From positions 672,001-736,000 of the forward strand of contig CBDATQ010000002.1 in NCBI GenBank assembly GCA_965199955.1: 64,000 nt of DNA. The letters run 5' to 3'. The position numbers were made by a program, and so were the translations under genes. Below the pieces are notes generated by a model. It was given only the letters and a program-made list of their open reading frames with translations, was not told the origin of the DNA and searched no databases. Positions 1-10,226 of this stretch are shown in pieces. Numbering within the stretch: the stretch's first letter is position 1; every line of letters begins with the position of its first letter. Origin of the DNA: Spirochaetia bacterium. Lineage in GTDB: Bacteria; Spirochaetota; Spirochaetia; SZUA-6; Bin103.

Positions 1-203
1 ACGTCGCAGTAGGCGTCGAAGCCGTGCTCGGCCGGCACCAGGTGGTTCTTGCCGCCCCACCAGACGTGGTAGCCGGCCCGCTTGAGCAGCGTGAGGGCGT
101 ACGGCTCGCCGTGATGGGCGCGCAGCAGGTGGCCGACCACGTCGCCCCGCCACTGGTCGGGGTTGAAGATGACGATGTGGGGAGGACGCCTACCGGGTGC
201 CAC
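1..203 (-). pseudogene. Sulfatase family protein, 5' part (runs off window), apparently missing the CxPxR catalytic segment
   Basis: Not in the ORF track. Manual translation from GTG 203: VAPGRRPPHIVIFNPDQWRGDVVGHLLRAHHGEPYALTLLKRAGYHVWWGGKNHLVP. The sulfatase start (PxI..DQ.R.D) and the later LKxAGY..GKxH motif are present, but no CxPxR lies between them. Confidence 0.7.
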
Positions 204-256
204 CGCTCACACCAGACACCGGGAGGCCGAGAACCGCTCGATCGGGCACCGTGGCC

Positions 257-1417
257 TCAGGCCCGACGGGCGGCGCGTTCCAGGCCGAACAGACGGGCGG
301 CGTTGCCGCCCAGGATCGACGCCTTCTCTTCGTCGGACAGGAAGTCGCAGTGCACGCGGATGAAGTCCAGCGACTGCCGGTACGTGCACCACTGCGTCAT
401 CCCGTACGGGCTGTCCGAGCCCCAGAGCAGCGACTCGGCGCCGGCGCGGTCGAGGAGTTCGCGCAGCAGCTTCTGGCCTTCCGGGTACGGGTAGTCCGGC
501 CACTTGGCCGGCATCAGCAGCTCCGCGTGTACCTGCGGCCGGTCGAGCACGCGCAGCAGCTCCTCCGGCACGCGGATCTGGTGGATGATCGCGGCCGGCA
601 CCAGGCCGTGGGTGATCACGCACGGCACCTCCGGATGGCGCCGCGTCCACTCGTCCAGCTCGGCGACCCGCCGCATGAACAGGCCCACGCGGTCGAGCGC
701 GCGGTCGTCCAGGAACCAGAACACCGGCAGCCCGCGCTCCTCGACCAGCCGCCAGAGGGCGTCAAAGGTGGGATCGTTGAGCGAGCGATCGACCTGCATC
801 ACCGACAGCGGTTCGACGCTGAAGTACAGGCCGCGCATGCCCAGATCGTCGAAGCCGGCTCGCAACCGCGCCAGCCGGCCGGGGTCGTCGGCCGCAGGCT
901 CCCAGATCTGAGCCAGTGCGACGAAACGGCCCGGGTACCGCACGGACGCCTCGGCGTAGTACTCGTTGAGGTCGCCGTAGACGTGGTCGGACTGCAGGAC
1001 GCCGACGTCGACGCCCGCCAGGTCCATCTCGCCCACCATCCGCTCGGGGGTCGCCTCGTTGTTGGCGAGGCTCGGCGGGTAGATCTGCATGCGATAGCTG
1101 ACCCCGGCGACGCTGATCTCCGCCTGTCCGTGGTCGGTCAGGTGAAAGCCCACGTCCGGCATGTCGGCGATGGAGGGGGAGCCGAACTCCAGCAGCGGGT
1201 CGGTGACGTGCTCGCCGGTGTCCATGCGCCAGAAGTCGACCCACTCGCGCGAGTGGTACTGCCAGAACTTCAGCCGCAGCTCGGGCGGGATTCCCTGCGG
1301 CTGCGATCCGAGCCGCGGGAAGATATGGTAGTGCGCGTCGATGACCGGCGTGTCGCCGGCGGCGCCCGGCAACACCCAGCCGCCGCCCGTCCAGCGCGGC
1401 GCCGTCTCTTCGCTCAT
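257..1417 (-). CDS. Amidohydrolase family protein (amidohydro_2-like)
   Basis: IDAHYH metal motif, MDLAGVD, C-terminal LLWGSDSPY and ILGGNAARLF. Start MSEET overlaps the upstream stop (ATGA). Confidence 0.85.
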   Translation of the reverse strand: MSEETAPRWTGGGWVLPGAAGDTPVIDAHYHIFPRLGSQPQGIPPELRLKFWQYHSREWVDFWRMDTGEHVTDPLLEFGSPSIADMPDVGFHLTDHGQAEISVAGVSYRMQIYPPSLANNEATPERMVGEMDLAGVDVGVLQSDHVYGDLNEYYAEASVRYPGRFVALAQIWEPAADDPGRLARLRAGFDDLGMRGLYFSVEPLSVMQVDRSLNDPTFDALWRLVEERGLPVFWFLDDRALDRVGLFMRRVAELDEWTRRHPEVPCVITHGLVPAAIIHQIRVPEELLRVLDRPQVHAELLMPAKWPDYPYPEGQKLLRELLDRAGAESLLWGSDSPYGMTQWCTYRQSLDFIRVHCDFLSDEEKASILGGNAARLFGLERAARRA

Positions 1418-2385
1418 GCGTTCAGTTCCTCCGGTTGCGCCTGAAGCCAGGCGTCGAAGTCGCTGCCGCGCCACCCCGAGCGCGGCCGGTAGCCCAGCAG
1501 CTCGACCGCCTTGGCGGAGCTGAACGGCGAGTCGAACCCGGTCAGCGGCGCGCGCCGCTCGACGTCCGGGAAGTGCCGGTCCAGCAGCTCCGGCGTCGGG
1601 ATCGGGCTGCAGGTGTCGGAGCCGGCGATCAGGAACACCTCGTGCCGGAGACCGGTGGCGGCCAGCGCCAGCCCGAAGGCGCCCGCGGCGTCGCGCAGGT
1701 CGGTCACCGCCCACAGCAGGTTGCGCGGCGGCGGCGGTCCGGGCATCGGCCACGCGCAGTCCGGCTCGTGGATCGCGCGCCGGTAGCGCTCGCGCCAGAG
1801 GCGCTCGCGAGTCATGCCGGCGCGGCCGGCCCATCCGCAACGCACAGCGACGTCGGCCCCGGCGGTGTCCACGCACCAGTTGTGGTTGATCCGCAGGCAG
1901 ATCGTGGGCAGGCCGTGGCGGTCCGTGTAGCGCTTGCAAGCGGCCTCGGCCAGCAGCTTGCTGAGCCCGTACTCATCCTGCGGCGCGTCCGGGTGTGCCT
2001 CGTCGATCGGCAGGTAGCGCGGCACGATGTCGTGGGTCTGGAAGGAGAAGCCGGTGGCCGCGGCGGAGGAGGCGAGGACCACCCGCCCGACCCCGCAGGC
2101 GACGGCCGCCTCCAGCACGTTGACGGTGCCGATGACGTTGAGCGTGAGCAACTCGGCCGGAGCGGCTCTGCCGGGACCGGGCACCGCGGCCAAGTGGATG
2201 ATCGCGTCCTGACCGGTAGAGGCGTGCCGCAGGCCGTCGGCATCCATCAGGTCGCCGCCGTTCCACGCATCCCAGGGTTCGGCGGGCGCCGTGCGGCTGA
2301 AGCAGGTCAGCCTATGCGCCGGCGCGAGGGCGCGGCGCAGGTAGCTGCCGACGATGCCGCTGCCGCCGGTGACGAGCACGCGCAT
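1414..2385 (-). CDS. NAD-dependent epimerase/dehydratase (extended SDR)
   Basis: MRVLVTGGSGIVG Rossmann motif, IIHLAA, YGLSK catalytic motif. Confidence 0.9.
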   Translation of the reverse strand: MRVLVTGGSGIVGSYLRRALAPAHRLTCFSRTAPAEPWDAWNGGDLMDADGLRHASTGQDAIIHLAAVPGPGRAAPAELLTLNVIGTVNVLEAAVACGVGRVVLASSAAATGFSFQTHDIVPRYLPIDEAHPDAPQDEYGLSKLLAEAACKRYTDRHGLPTICLRINHNWCVDTAGADVAVRCGWAGRAGMTRERLWRERYRRAIHEPDCAWPMPGPPPPRNLLWAVTDLRDAAGAFGLALAATGLRHEVFLIAGSDTCSPIPTPELLDRHFPDVERRAPLTGFDSPFSSAKAVELLGYRPRSGWRGSDFDAWLQAQPEELNA

Positions 2386-2493
2386 GCGGTAGCGTAGCGC
2401 CGCGGTGCCGCCGACGCGACCGCGCACCCGGCATGATCGCCCACTTCGCTACGGTCAGGGCACTGGCGAAGGTGCAGGCGGCGCTGCACGGGA

Positions 2494-2646
2494 TCACCGT
2501 TCGCCGAGGCTTCTCCGGAGAACTCCCAGGTCTTGCCGCAGATCCTCGATGTCGTACTGGGCCGACACTCTTCTGGACCGGGCGTGGTCCAACTCGCGGA
2601 CCAGCTCCAGTGGGATCCGGGTGCCTACCATCTGTTCCTTCTTCAC
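2494..2646 (-). pseudogene. Internally deleted UPF0175/RHH-like antitoxin remnant (50 aa)
   Basis: Strong RBS GGAGGAG before GTG 2646. KKEQMVGTRIPLELVREL (RHH-like strand-helix) joins directly to DHARSRRVSAQYDIEDLRQDL (UPF0175-like C-terminus). Confidence 0.55.
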
Positions 2647-2748
2647 TTGCTCTCCTCCCGGGCGATTCTCAGCACTTCGACGACGGCCGGGGAAAGCCAC
2701 AGGACATCGGCGAGATCGCTGAGAGCTGCCTCCAACTCGCCAAGAAAG

Positions 2749-3960
2749 TCACTCGCGCCAGGCGTCCGCCGCCACCTGCAGGCAGGCGATGGCGTGGCGC
2801 CGGCTCTGCTCCAGAGGGAACTTGTCGTGCTGCTTGACCATGCAGGAGATGGCGTTCAGCCGGATCACCGCCTGGAAGCCCAGGGAGGCCTGATACAGCC
2901 CCTCTTCGTGACCGGTCCAGTTGCCGTGATGGGTGTCGGGCAGCGCCAGCAATTGCTCGTCGATGTCGAGCCAGATGTCCCGCAGTGCGTCGTCCGCCAG
3001 GCACTCCGGGCGGTAGCGCAGCAGCATGTGGCCCGGGCGCCGCTTCCAGTGGTTGGAGTGCCACTCCCAGAACAGCCACGGGCGCTTTTCCTCCAGGTAG
3101 CGCCAGACGTTGTTGACTTCCGGGGTGGACTCCGGGAGGTGCTCGGCGCCCTGTATGCCCTCCAGGTACGGGAACCGCCCCTGGGAGTCGCTGACGCCGT
3201 AGCCGAGCACGGTTCCGTCCGGGTTGGTCATCGGGATGAAGCAGACGTGGAAACGCTGCACGATGGCGTCCGCCGCGGCACTGCCCGTTCCCAGGAAGTC
3301 GATCAGCGCCCGGCAGGCCAGGCTGCCCATCTCGGAAGGCTGCGGCGTCTGCGTGTGCACCATGGTGGGATTGCCGGGATCGCCGAACTCGACGGCGTAC
3401 ACCGCGCGGCCCTGGAAGCTGCTGCCGATCCGCCGCACCGTGCCGGACTCGACCGTCTGCAGCCAGTCCAGCATCTCGGTGTAGGGCCACCAGTGGTAGT
3501 TGCTGAGGAAGATCGTGCCGTCCCGCTCCGCGCCGCCCGGCGGCAGCGTCAGGTCCAGGTCCAGGGAGTCGGGCAACTCCGGCACGCGGTGGATGTCGCC
3601 GGCCGGGATCTCGCTCCATACGCCTGTGTGCCGCACCTGGAAGCTGGCCGACTGCTCTCCCCAGGTGCCCTCGAACGGGGCGTTCAGGCGCAGCCGCACG
3701 CGGCGCCCGCGCGGCAGCTCGTTGCGCACGCCCACGCACACGTAGTAGCCTAGGCCGCCGAAGCGGTGTTTGCCCGGCTCCTCCTCCAGGTCCGCCGCGT
3801 AGTGGCCGGGCGCCAGCGCCCGGAAGTTGCAGCCGTTGGCGCCCTCGAAGTCGGAGGCCAGCAGCACCTCGGTGTCGGCGAACACGTCGCCCCGGCCGCC
3901 GCGCGTCCCGCGCTCCCATCGCGGATCGTAGTCCGCCAGCCCTCGCTCAGTCTCAGCCAT
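2749..3960 (-). CDS. M14 zinc-carboxypeptidase-like protein (cytosolic carboxypeptidase type)
   Basis: SDFEGAN N-domain, IGSSFQGR, IPMTNPDG and WEWHS motifs; RBS AAGGAGGAGG. The usual HxxE reads QPSE. Confidence 0.75.
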   Translation of the reverse strand: MAETERGLADYDPRWERGTRGGRGDVFADTEVLLASDFEGANGCNFRALAPGHYAADLEEEPGKHRFGGLGYYVCVGVRNELPRGRRVRLRLNAPFEGTWGEQSASFQVRHTGVWSEIPAGDIHRVPELPDSLDLDLTLPPGGAERDGTIFLSNYHWWPYTEMLDWLQTVESGTVRRIGSSFQGRAVYAVEFGDPGNPTMVHTQTPQPSEMGSLACRALIDFLGTGSAAADAIVQRFHVCFIPMTNPDGTVLGYGVSDSQGRFPYLEGIQGAEHLPESTPEVNNVWRYLEEKRPWLFWEWHSNHWKRRPGHMLLRYRPECLADDALRDIWLDIDEQLLALPDTHHGNWTGHEEGLYQASLGFQAVIRLNAISCMVKQHDKFPLEQSRRHAIACLQVAADAWRE

Positions 3961-4154
3961 GCCGTCCTCCTCCTTCTCTCAGCCGGCCGCGCCCGCGACC
4001 GCGCTGTCCAGCCACCCCTCCAGGGTGAATCGCGCCGTGCCCACCTCGCCCGGGTCCAGGCAGCGCCGGTGCTCTGCCGGTAACGGCCGCACCTGCAGAT
4101 CCGGCAAGCGCAGGCCGCGGAAGTGAAGCGGGGTTCCGTATGCGCAGTGCTTCC

Positions 4155-5285
4155 TCACGCGTACGGATCGGCTGCGTCGCGCAGGCCGTCGCCGACGAAG
4201 TTGAACGCCAGTACCGCGATGATCACGAAGAACGCCGGGATCAGCAGCCACGGATTGAGGCCCACGGCGTTGATGTTCTGGGCCTCGTGCAGCAGTACGC
4301 CCCAACTGGTCACCGGCGGCCGCAACCCGATACCCAGGAAGCTCAGCGCGGTCTCCGCCAGCACCATGTGCGGGATGCTCAACGTGATGGTGACGATGAT
4401 GTGACTCATGAACGACGGCAACAGGTGGCGGCCGATGATAGCCGCCTCCGAGGCGCCGGCGACCACCGCGGCCGTCACGAAATCCTCCTCGCGCAGCGAC
4501 AGGAGCTTGCCGCGCACCACCCGCGCCAGGCCGGTCCAGCCCAGCACCGACAGGATGATGGTGACCGCGAAGTACACCTGCAACGGCGGCCACTCGGCCG
4601 GGACCGCGGCGCTCAGCGCCATCCACAGCGGTATGGACGGGAACGAGCGCAGCAGCTCGATGGCACGCTGGATGATCGTGTCGGTCGCGCCCCCGAGGTA
4701 CCCGGAGACCCCGCCCAGGATCAGCCCGATGATCAGGCTCAGAGCCACGCCGATCAGGCCGATCGACAGCGAGATCCGGGCGCCGTAGACGATGCGGGAG
4801 AACAGGTCGCGGCCCAGCCGGTCGGTCCCGAACACGAAGAACGTCGCCTCGTCGGCGACGCCGAACAGGTGCAGGTCGGTGTCGAACAGCCCCCAGAAGC
4901 GATAGCTCTCGCCGCGGGTGAACAGTTCGACCCGGTAGGGCGTCGTACGGTCCTCGGTATAGATCTTGCGCCGCGATTTGGGATCCACCTCCCGCGTCAT
5001 CCGATACACGAACGGCGCCTGCAGACGCCCCTCGTGGACGACGTGAAGGCGCTGCGGCGGGGCATAGACGAACTCCACGCGCCGGGTGTTCAGGCCGTAC
5101 GGAGCGACGAACTCGCACAGCGCGCCGAGGCAATAGAGGAGGGCCACCACGGCGGTGGCCGCCACCGCCACCCGATGGCGCCGGAAGCGCAGCCACATCA
5201 GCCGCCATTGCGACGCAAGGTAGAGACGCTCCTCGGCGGCGGTGTGCGCGGTCGCCGCCGGACCGATGCGCGCCTCAGTCGCCAC
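4155..5285 (-). CDS. Oligopeptide/Ni-type ABC transporter permease (OppC/DppC-like)
   Basis: GTDRLGRDLFSR, EEDFVTAA (EAA loop), ETALSFLGIG, GDGLRDAADP. Confidence 0.92.
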   Translation of the reverse strand: MATEARIGPAATAHTAAEERLYLASQWRLMWLRFRRHRVAVAATAVVALLYCLGALCEFVAPYGLNTRRVEFVYAPPQRLHVVHEGRLQAPFVYRMTREVDPKSRRKIYTEDRTTPYRVELFTRGESYRFWGLFDTDLHLFGVADEATFFVFGTDRLGRDLFSRIVYGARISLSIGLIGVALSLIIGLILGGVSGYLGGATDTIIQRAIELLRSFPSIPLWMALSAAVPAEWPPLQVYFAVTIILSVLGWTGLARVVRGKLLSLREEDFVTAAVVAGASEAAIIGRHLLPSFMSHIIVTITLSIPHMVLAETALSFLGIGLRPPVTSWGVLLHEAQNINAVGLNPWLLIPAFFVIIAVLAFNFVGDGLRDAADPYA

Positions 5286-6270
5286 GGCGGCCGAACCTGA
5301 TGCGCGGGTCGATGACGGCGAGCAGGACGTCCGAGACCAGCGTGCCGATCACCGTCAGCGCGGCCAGGAACATGACGAAGGTGCCGGCCAGGTACATGTC
5401 CTGGCTGAGCAGGGCGCGCAGGAGCAGCGGCCCGGTGGTAGGCAGGCTCAATACCACGGCGGTGATCTCCGCGCCCGAAATCAGCTCCGGCAACAGCCAG
5501 CCGACGCTGCTCACGATCGGGTTCAGGGCCAGGCGCACCGGATACTTGAACAGCAGTCGCGTCTCCGCCACGCCGCGCGACCGCGCGGTGATCACGTACT
5601 GCTTGCGCAGCTCGTCCAGCAGGTTGGCGCGCATCACGCGGATCAGTCCCGCCGTGCCCGCGGTCCCGACCACGATGATCGGGATCCACAGGTGGCTCAC
5701 CAAGTCGAGCACGCGCGCGAAGCTCCACGGCGCATCGATGAACTCCATGGAGAACAGCCCGCCAACGCTGATGTCGAAGTAGCGGTAGCCGATGTACATC
5801 AGGATCAGCGCGAGCAGGAAGTTGGGGATTGCCAGGCCGACGAACCCCAGGAACGTCACCGTGTAGTCACTCAGCGAGTACTGTGCGGTAGCGGAGTAGA
5901 TGCCCACGGGGATGGCCACCACCCACGTGAACAGCAACGTCGACAGCGAGATCACGACCGTCAGCAGCAGGCGGTCGCCGATCAGCTCCCCCACCGGACG
6001 GCGCTGCTCGAAGGAGTGGCCGAAATCGCCATGCACGAACCCCGAAACCCATTTCAGATACTGGACGTGGAACGGATCGTCCAGTCCGTACTGCGCCTTC
6101 AGCGCCTCCAGCGTGGCTGCGTCGACCAGGTCTCCGCTGGCTTCCAGGTTGGCGGCGTAGGTGTTCAGGTAGTCACCGGGCGGGAGCTGGATGATGACGA
6201 ACGACACCACCGAGATGAGCAGCAGCGTCGGTACCATGAGCAGCAGTCTGTGGCCGATGAATCGTCCCAT
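5275..6270 (-). CDS. Oligopeptide/Ni-type ABC transporter permease (OppB/DppB-like)
   Basis: QLPPGD, GDFGHSF, YVITARSRG, IDPRIR; start MGRFIGHRLL at 6270. Confidence 0.92.
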   Translation of the reverse strand: MGRFIGHRLLLMVPTLLLISVVSFVIIQLPPGDYLNTYAANLEASGDLVDAATLEALKAQYGLDDPFHVQYLKWVSGFVHGDFGHSFEQRRPVGELIGDRLLLTVVISLSTLLFTWVVAIPVGIYSATAQYSLSDYTVTFLGFVGLAIPNFLLALILMYIGYRYFDISVGGLFSMEFIDAPWSFARVLDLVSHLWIPIIVVGTAGTAGLIRVMRANLLDELRKQYVITARSRGVAETRLLFKYPVRLALNPIVSSVGWLLPELISGAEITAVVLSLPTTGPLLLRALLSQDMYLAGTFVMFLAALTVIGTLVSDVLLAVIDPRIRFGRRGD

Positions 6271-6445
6271 GGGTGTGCCGCCGCGCGGCGTCCCGCAGCC
6301 GCCAGCGCGGCTGAAATTCTGCAACGATCCGATCACGCCGTCCACTCGACGCCGGAAGGGTCTTCGCTGCTGCCTCTGCCGCCCGCTGACCTTGACCTCA
6401 TCCCGCGCGCGTGCAACATTTGTCGGATTCAACTGGAGGAATCCC

Positions 6446-8344
6446 ATGACGAACCGGAAACTCATGTCGTGCGTGTCGGTACTGCTCGGTCTGGTCCTGA
6501 TGGCACCGGGTATTTGGGCACAGATGCAGTACCAGGAATCACCGGCGCTGGCCGCGATGGTGCAGGAGGGGACGCTTCCGGCGGTTCAGGAACGGCTTCC
6601 CTCGGAGCCGATGGTGATCCAGACCGTCGAGGAAGTGGGCCAGTACGGCGGCCGCTGGACCTTCGGTATCCCGACGCAGAGCCAGTTGGGCGTGTACAGC
6701 TACGCCACCTACGACTTCGCGGCTCGCTGGAACCGCTCCGCCGATCAGATCATCCCCAACGTGATCCGCGAATGGGAGTTCTCCGAGGACGGCCGCACCA
6801 TCACCATGTATCTGCGCGCCGGCATGAAGTGGTCCGACGGCCAGCCGTTCACGGCCGACGACATCGTCTTCTGGCTCGACGACTTCGTGCGCAACGACGA
6901 CCTCTCGCCGGGCAAACCGGGCTGGCTGCTGGTGGCCGGCGAGCTGCCTGTCGGCGAAAAGATCGACGACACGACGGTGAGCTGGACCTTCGCCGCGCCG
7001 CCGGGGCTGCTGCTGAACGACTTTGCCACCACCCGCGGCAACATCTTCGCGCCGAAACACTACATGGAGCAGTTCCACGCCGGGTTCGCCGACGCGGACA
7101 AGGTGCAGGCGATGGCCAAGGAAGCAGGGTTCGAGGACTGGACTCAGCTTTTCCGCAACAAGCGCGACTGGTATCGGGCACAGAACCACGACTACCCGGT
7201 GTTGAACGCGTGGGCGGTCAAGACCTCCTTCGAGGACTCCCCGACACTGACGGTGTACGCCCGCAATCCCTACTACTGGAAGGTGGATCAGGCCGGCAAT
7301 CAGCTCCCCTACCTCGACGAGGTGGCCGTCGCCATCACCACGACGGCGGAGACGCTCAACCTGAAGACCATGTCGGGCGAGTTCGACTTCCAGATGCGCT
7401 ATCTGAATCCCGCCAACTACACGCTGTTCTACGAAAATCAGGAGCGCGAAGACTATCGCATCCTGGAGTGGCCGACCGGCATCGGCTCGGACGCCGCGCT
7501 GTTCTTCAACCAGTCGACTCCCGACCTGGTGCTGCGCGAGCTGTTCCAGGATCTGCGCTTCCGGCAGGCGCTGTCGCTGGCGATCGATCGCGAGGAGATC
7601 AATCAGCTCGTGTTCGACGGCCAGGGCCAGCCGCGGCAGGCGACCGTGGTGGAGCTGTCACCGCTGTTCAAGCCGGAATATGCCGCGGCGTACGCCGAGT
7701 ACGATCCCGACCGAGCCAATCAGTTGCTCGACGCGATCGGGCTGACGCAACGTGACGGCGACGGCTTCCGGCTGCGTCCGGACGGCGACACCCTGTCCCT
7801 GCTGCTCGACTCTCCGGGCGAGAAGACGGCCACCATCGACTCCATCGAGCTGGTGATCGAGTACTGGGGCGACATCGGCATCAAGGCCAACTCAAACCAC
7901 ACCGAGCGCAGCGCCTATCGTGCGCGGCGCAACGCCAACGAGACGCAGATCAACGTGTGGGAGATGGGCTTCATGATGTATCCGAGCAACCCGCTCTTCC
8001 TGATCGCGTCATCGTCAGGCAGCGATTTCGGGCCCGATCTGGGAGTCTGGTACAACACCGGAGGCGCCGAGGGTCAGGAACCGCCGGAGGCGATGAAGGA
8101 GGCGCTGCGCGCTTACGACCAGATCAAGCAGACGCCGGACACCGAGAAGAAGAACGAGCTGTTCCATCGCATCCTCGAGTTGCAGGCGGAGAACATCTGG
8201 GTCCTGGGTCTGGTCGGCGGAGTGAAGGAAACGCTGATCGTGAAGAACCACCTCCGCAACGTGCCGGACGAGTCGATCTTCGATTCTCTGGTAGGACGCT
8301 ATATCGGACTGACCGCGGCGGAGCAGTACTTCATACGCCAATAG
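6446..8344 (+). CDS. ABC transporter substrate-binding protein, family 5
   Basis: RBS GGAGGA, signal peptide, LRAGMKWSDGQPFTADDI, RNPYYWKVDQAGNQLPYLD, FRQALSLAIDR. Confidence 0.92.
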   Translation: MTNRKLMSCVSVLLGLVLMAPGIWAQMQYQESPALAAMVQEGTLPAVQERLPSEPMVIQTVEEVGQYGGRWTFGIPTQSQLGVYSYATYDFAARWNRSADQIIPNVIREWEFSEDGRTITMYLRAGMKWSDGQPFTADDIVFWLDDFVRNDDLSPGKPGWLLVAGELPVGEKIDDTTVSWTFAAPPGLLLNDFATTRGNIFAPKHYMEQFHAGFADADKVQAMAKEAGFEDWTQLFRNKRDWYRAQNHDYPVLNAWAVKTSFEDSPTLTVYARNPYYWKVDQAGNQLPYLDEVAVAITTTAETLNLKTMSGEFDFQMRYLNPANYTLFYENQEREDYRILEWPTGIGSDAALFFNQSTPDLVLRELFQDLRFRQALSLAIDREEINQLVFDGQGQPRQATVVELSPLFKPEYAAAYAEYDPDRANQLLDAIGLTQRDGDGFRLRPDGDTLSLLLDSPGEKTATIDSIELVIEYWGDIGIKANSNHTERSAYRARRNANETQINVWEMGFMMYPSNPLFLIASSSGSDFGPDLGVWYNTGGAEGQEPPEAMKEALRAYDQIKQTPDTEKKNELFHRILELQAENIWVLGLVGGVKETLIVKNHLRNVPDESIFDSLVGRYIGLTAAEQYFIRQ

Positions 8345-8359
8345 CCCGAATCCTGCGGC

Positions 8360-8386
8360 GTGGTGGCGGCCATCCTCCGCCACCAC
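8360..8386 (+). terminator. GC-rich stem-loop downstream of the SBP gene
   Basis: GTGGTGGCGG / CCGCCACCAC 10-bp stem with 7-nt loop just after the stop; no U-tract. Confidence 0.45.
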
Positions 8387-8536
8387 CGCCGGGGACCACT
8401 GCCGCAGCTCAGCGCGCTGTGCCTGCCGGGGCCTGTGCGGCGGCCGGCAGCGCCCGAACTTGCCGGCGACCACAGCCGCTAGCACGTTGACGGTGCCGAT
8501 GACGTTGATCCCGAAGGGTTCGGAAGGGTAGCCACG

Positions 8537-10020
8537 GTGGCCGGCCGAACGCGATCGCCCGCGCTGGTTCTGGTGACCGGGGCGAGCGGCTACGTCGGCG
8601 GCCGGCTGGTAGCCGCGCTGGAACGCGCCGGACGACGCGTACGGGTGTGACGCGGCGGCCGGAGCTCACCGCCGGCCGCTACGGAGCCGGCACCGAGATG
8701 GTCGCCGGCGACGTGCTGGACGCGGACAGCATGCGGCGCGCGATGGCGGGGGTCGGCCTCGCCTACTACCTCGTGCACTCGCTCGGGTCGCGCGGGCACT
8801 TCGAGCAGGAGGAGGAGCGGGCGGCGCGGTCGTTCGTGGCCGCCGCGCAGGATGCCGGCGTGCGCCGGATTGTCTACCTGGGCGGTCTGGCGCGCCCCGA
8901 TGAGCTCGCGCGGGAGGCGGGCGCCGGCGCGTCCGCGCACATGAGCAGCCGCCTGCGGGTCGGAGAGCTGTTGCGCGGCTCGGCCATCCCCACCGTGGAG
9001 TTTCGGGCCTCCGTCGTCATCGGCGCCGGCAGCCTGTCGTTCGAGTTGATCCGCGCGTTGGTGCAGCGGCTGCCGGTGATGGTCACGCCCCGGTGGGTGT
9101 CGGTCGAGGCGCAGCCGATCGCGATCAGCGACGTGATCGCCTACTTGGTGGCGGCGCTCGACCTGCCGCTGGACGGGTCGCGGGTGTTCGAGATCGGCGG
9201 GGCGGCGGTCACGTCGTACCGGGGCCTCATGGAGGAGTACGCACGCCAGCGGGGGCTGCGGCGACTGTTCGTGCCGGTGCCGTTCCTGACGCCGCAACTC
9301 TCCAGCCTGTGGCTGGGCCTGGTGACGCCGCTCTTCGCGCGCGTCGGGCGCAAGCTGATCGAGAGTATCACCATGCCCAGCGTCGTCCGCGATCGGAGCG
9401 CGCTCGACGGCTTCGCGGTACGGCCGCGCGGGTATCGCGATGCGATTCGTCAGGCGCTGGCGGACGAGGATGCACGCCTGGTCGCGACCCGCTGGTCCGA
9501 TGCCCTGTCCACGTCCACGGGCAGTCGGGGCTCCGGAGCCGGTACGCGGTTCGGGAACCGCCTGATCGATTCGCGTGCGGTCACGGTGGCCGCTCCCCCG
9601 GAGCGGGCGTTCGTCCCGATCCGGCAGATCGGCGGGGGGCGTGGCTGGTACTACGCAAACGCGCTCTGGCGGCTGCGCGGCGTGGTGGATCGCATGCTGG
9701 GCGGCGTGGGGATGAAGCGAGGCCGCCGCGACCCCGAGAAGCTGCGCGCCGGCGACGTGGTGGACTGCTGGCGGGTGGTCGCGTGCGATGCGCCGCGGGT
9801 GCTGTCGCTGGAGGCGGAGATGCGGCTGCCCGGCCGAGCCTGGTTGAAGTTCGAGGTCACGCCCTGCGCGGAAGGCGCGAGCATACGGCAGACCGCGGTC
9901 TTCGATCCGATGGGGCTCGGCGGACTGCTGTACTGGTACGTGCTCTACCTCCCCCATCTCCTGATCTTCCGCGGAATGCTGGCGTCCGTGGCGGAGCGGA
10001 CGGACTCGGCGGACGGATAG
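8537..10020 (+). pseudogene. SDR oxidoreductase with DUF2867 C-domain (YbjT-like), frameshifted near 8648
   Basis: From GTG 8537, LVLVTGASGYVGGRLV...RVRV ends at TGA 8648-8650. The rest (YYLVHSL, IGGGRGWYY, AEMRLPGRAWL) is in another frame, and one missing base (GTG[C]TGACG) would join them. Confidence 0.8.
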
Positions 10021-10040
10021 GCTTCGCTATCAGGAGAAAT

Positions 10041-10226
10041 TTTCACTTAATCTGATTAATGAATGTTAATGTATACTCGCTCTCAGAGGTGAGAAGAGAC
10101 GAGTGCGGCGCATAGCGAGCGGCCCATACCGTCCGGGCGCACCGGCGGCGTGCTGCCTTCGGTGCCGGCTTGATCCCACATGAACAGCACATATATGCTG
10201 TATATCAATCCATGCAGGAATGATGT
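10041..10226. promoter_or_regulatory. AT-rich promoter/operator region upstream of the RHH-MazF pair
   Basis: Visibly AT-rich. Palindrome TTAATC-T-GATTAA (10047-10059) and near-palindrome CAGCACATATATGCTG (10185-10200). Confidence 0.45.

Noticed and set aside
2430..2497. Possible PIN-toxin remnant (LHL-ASAL with a frameshift) after the antitoxin remnant
   Set aside because: Too short to support.
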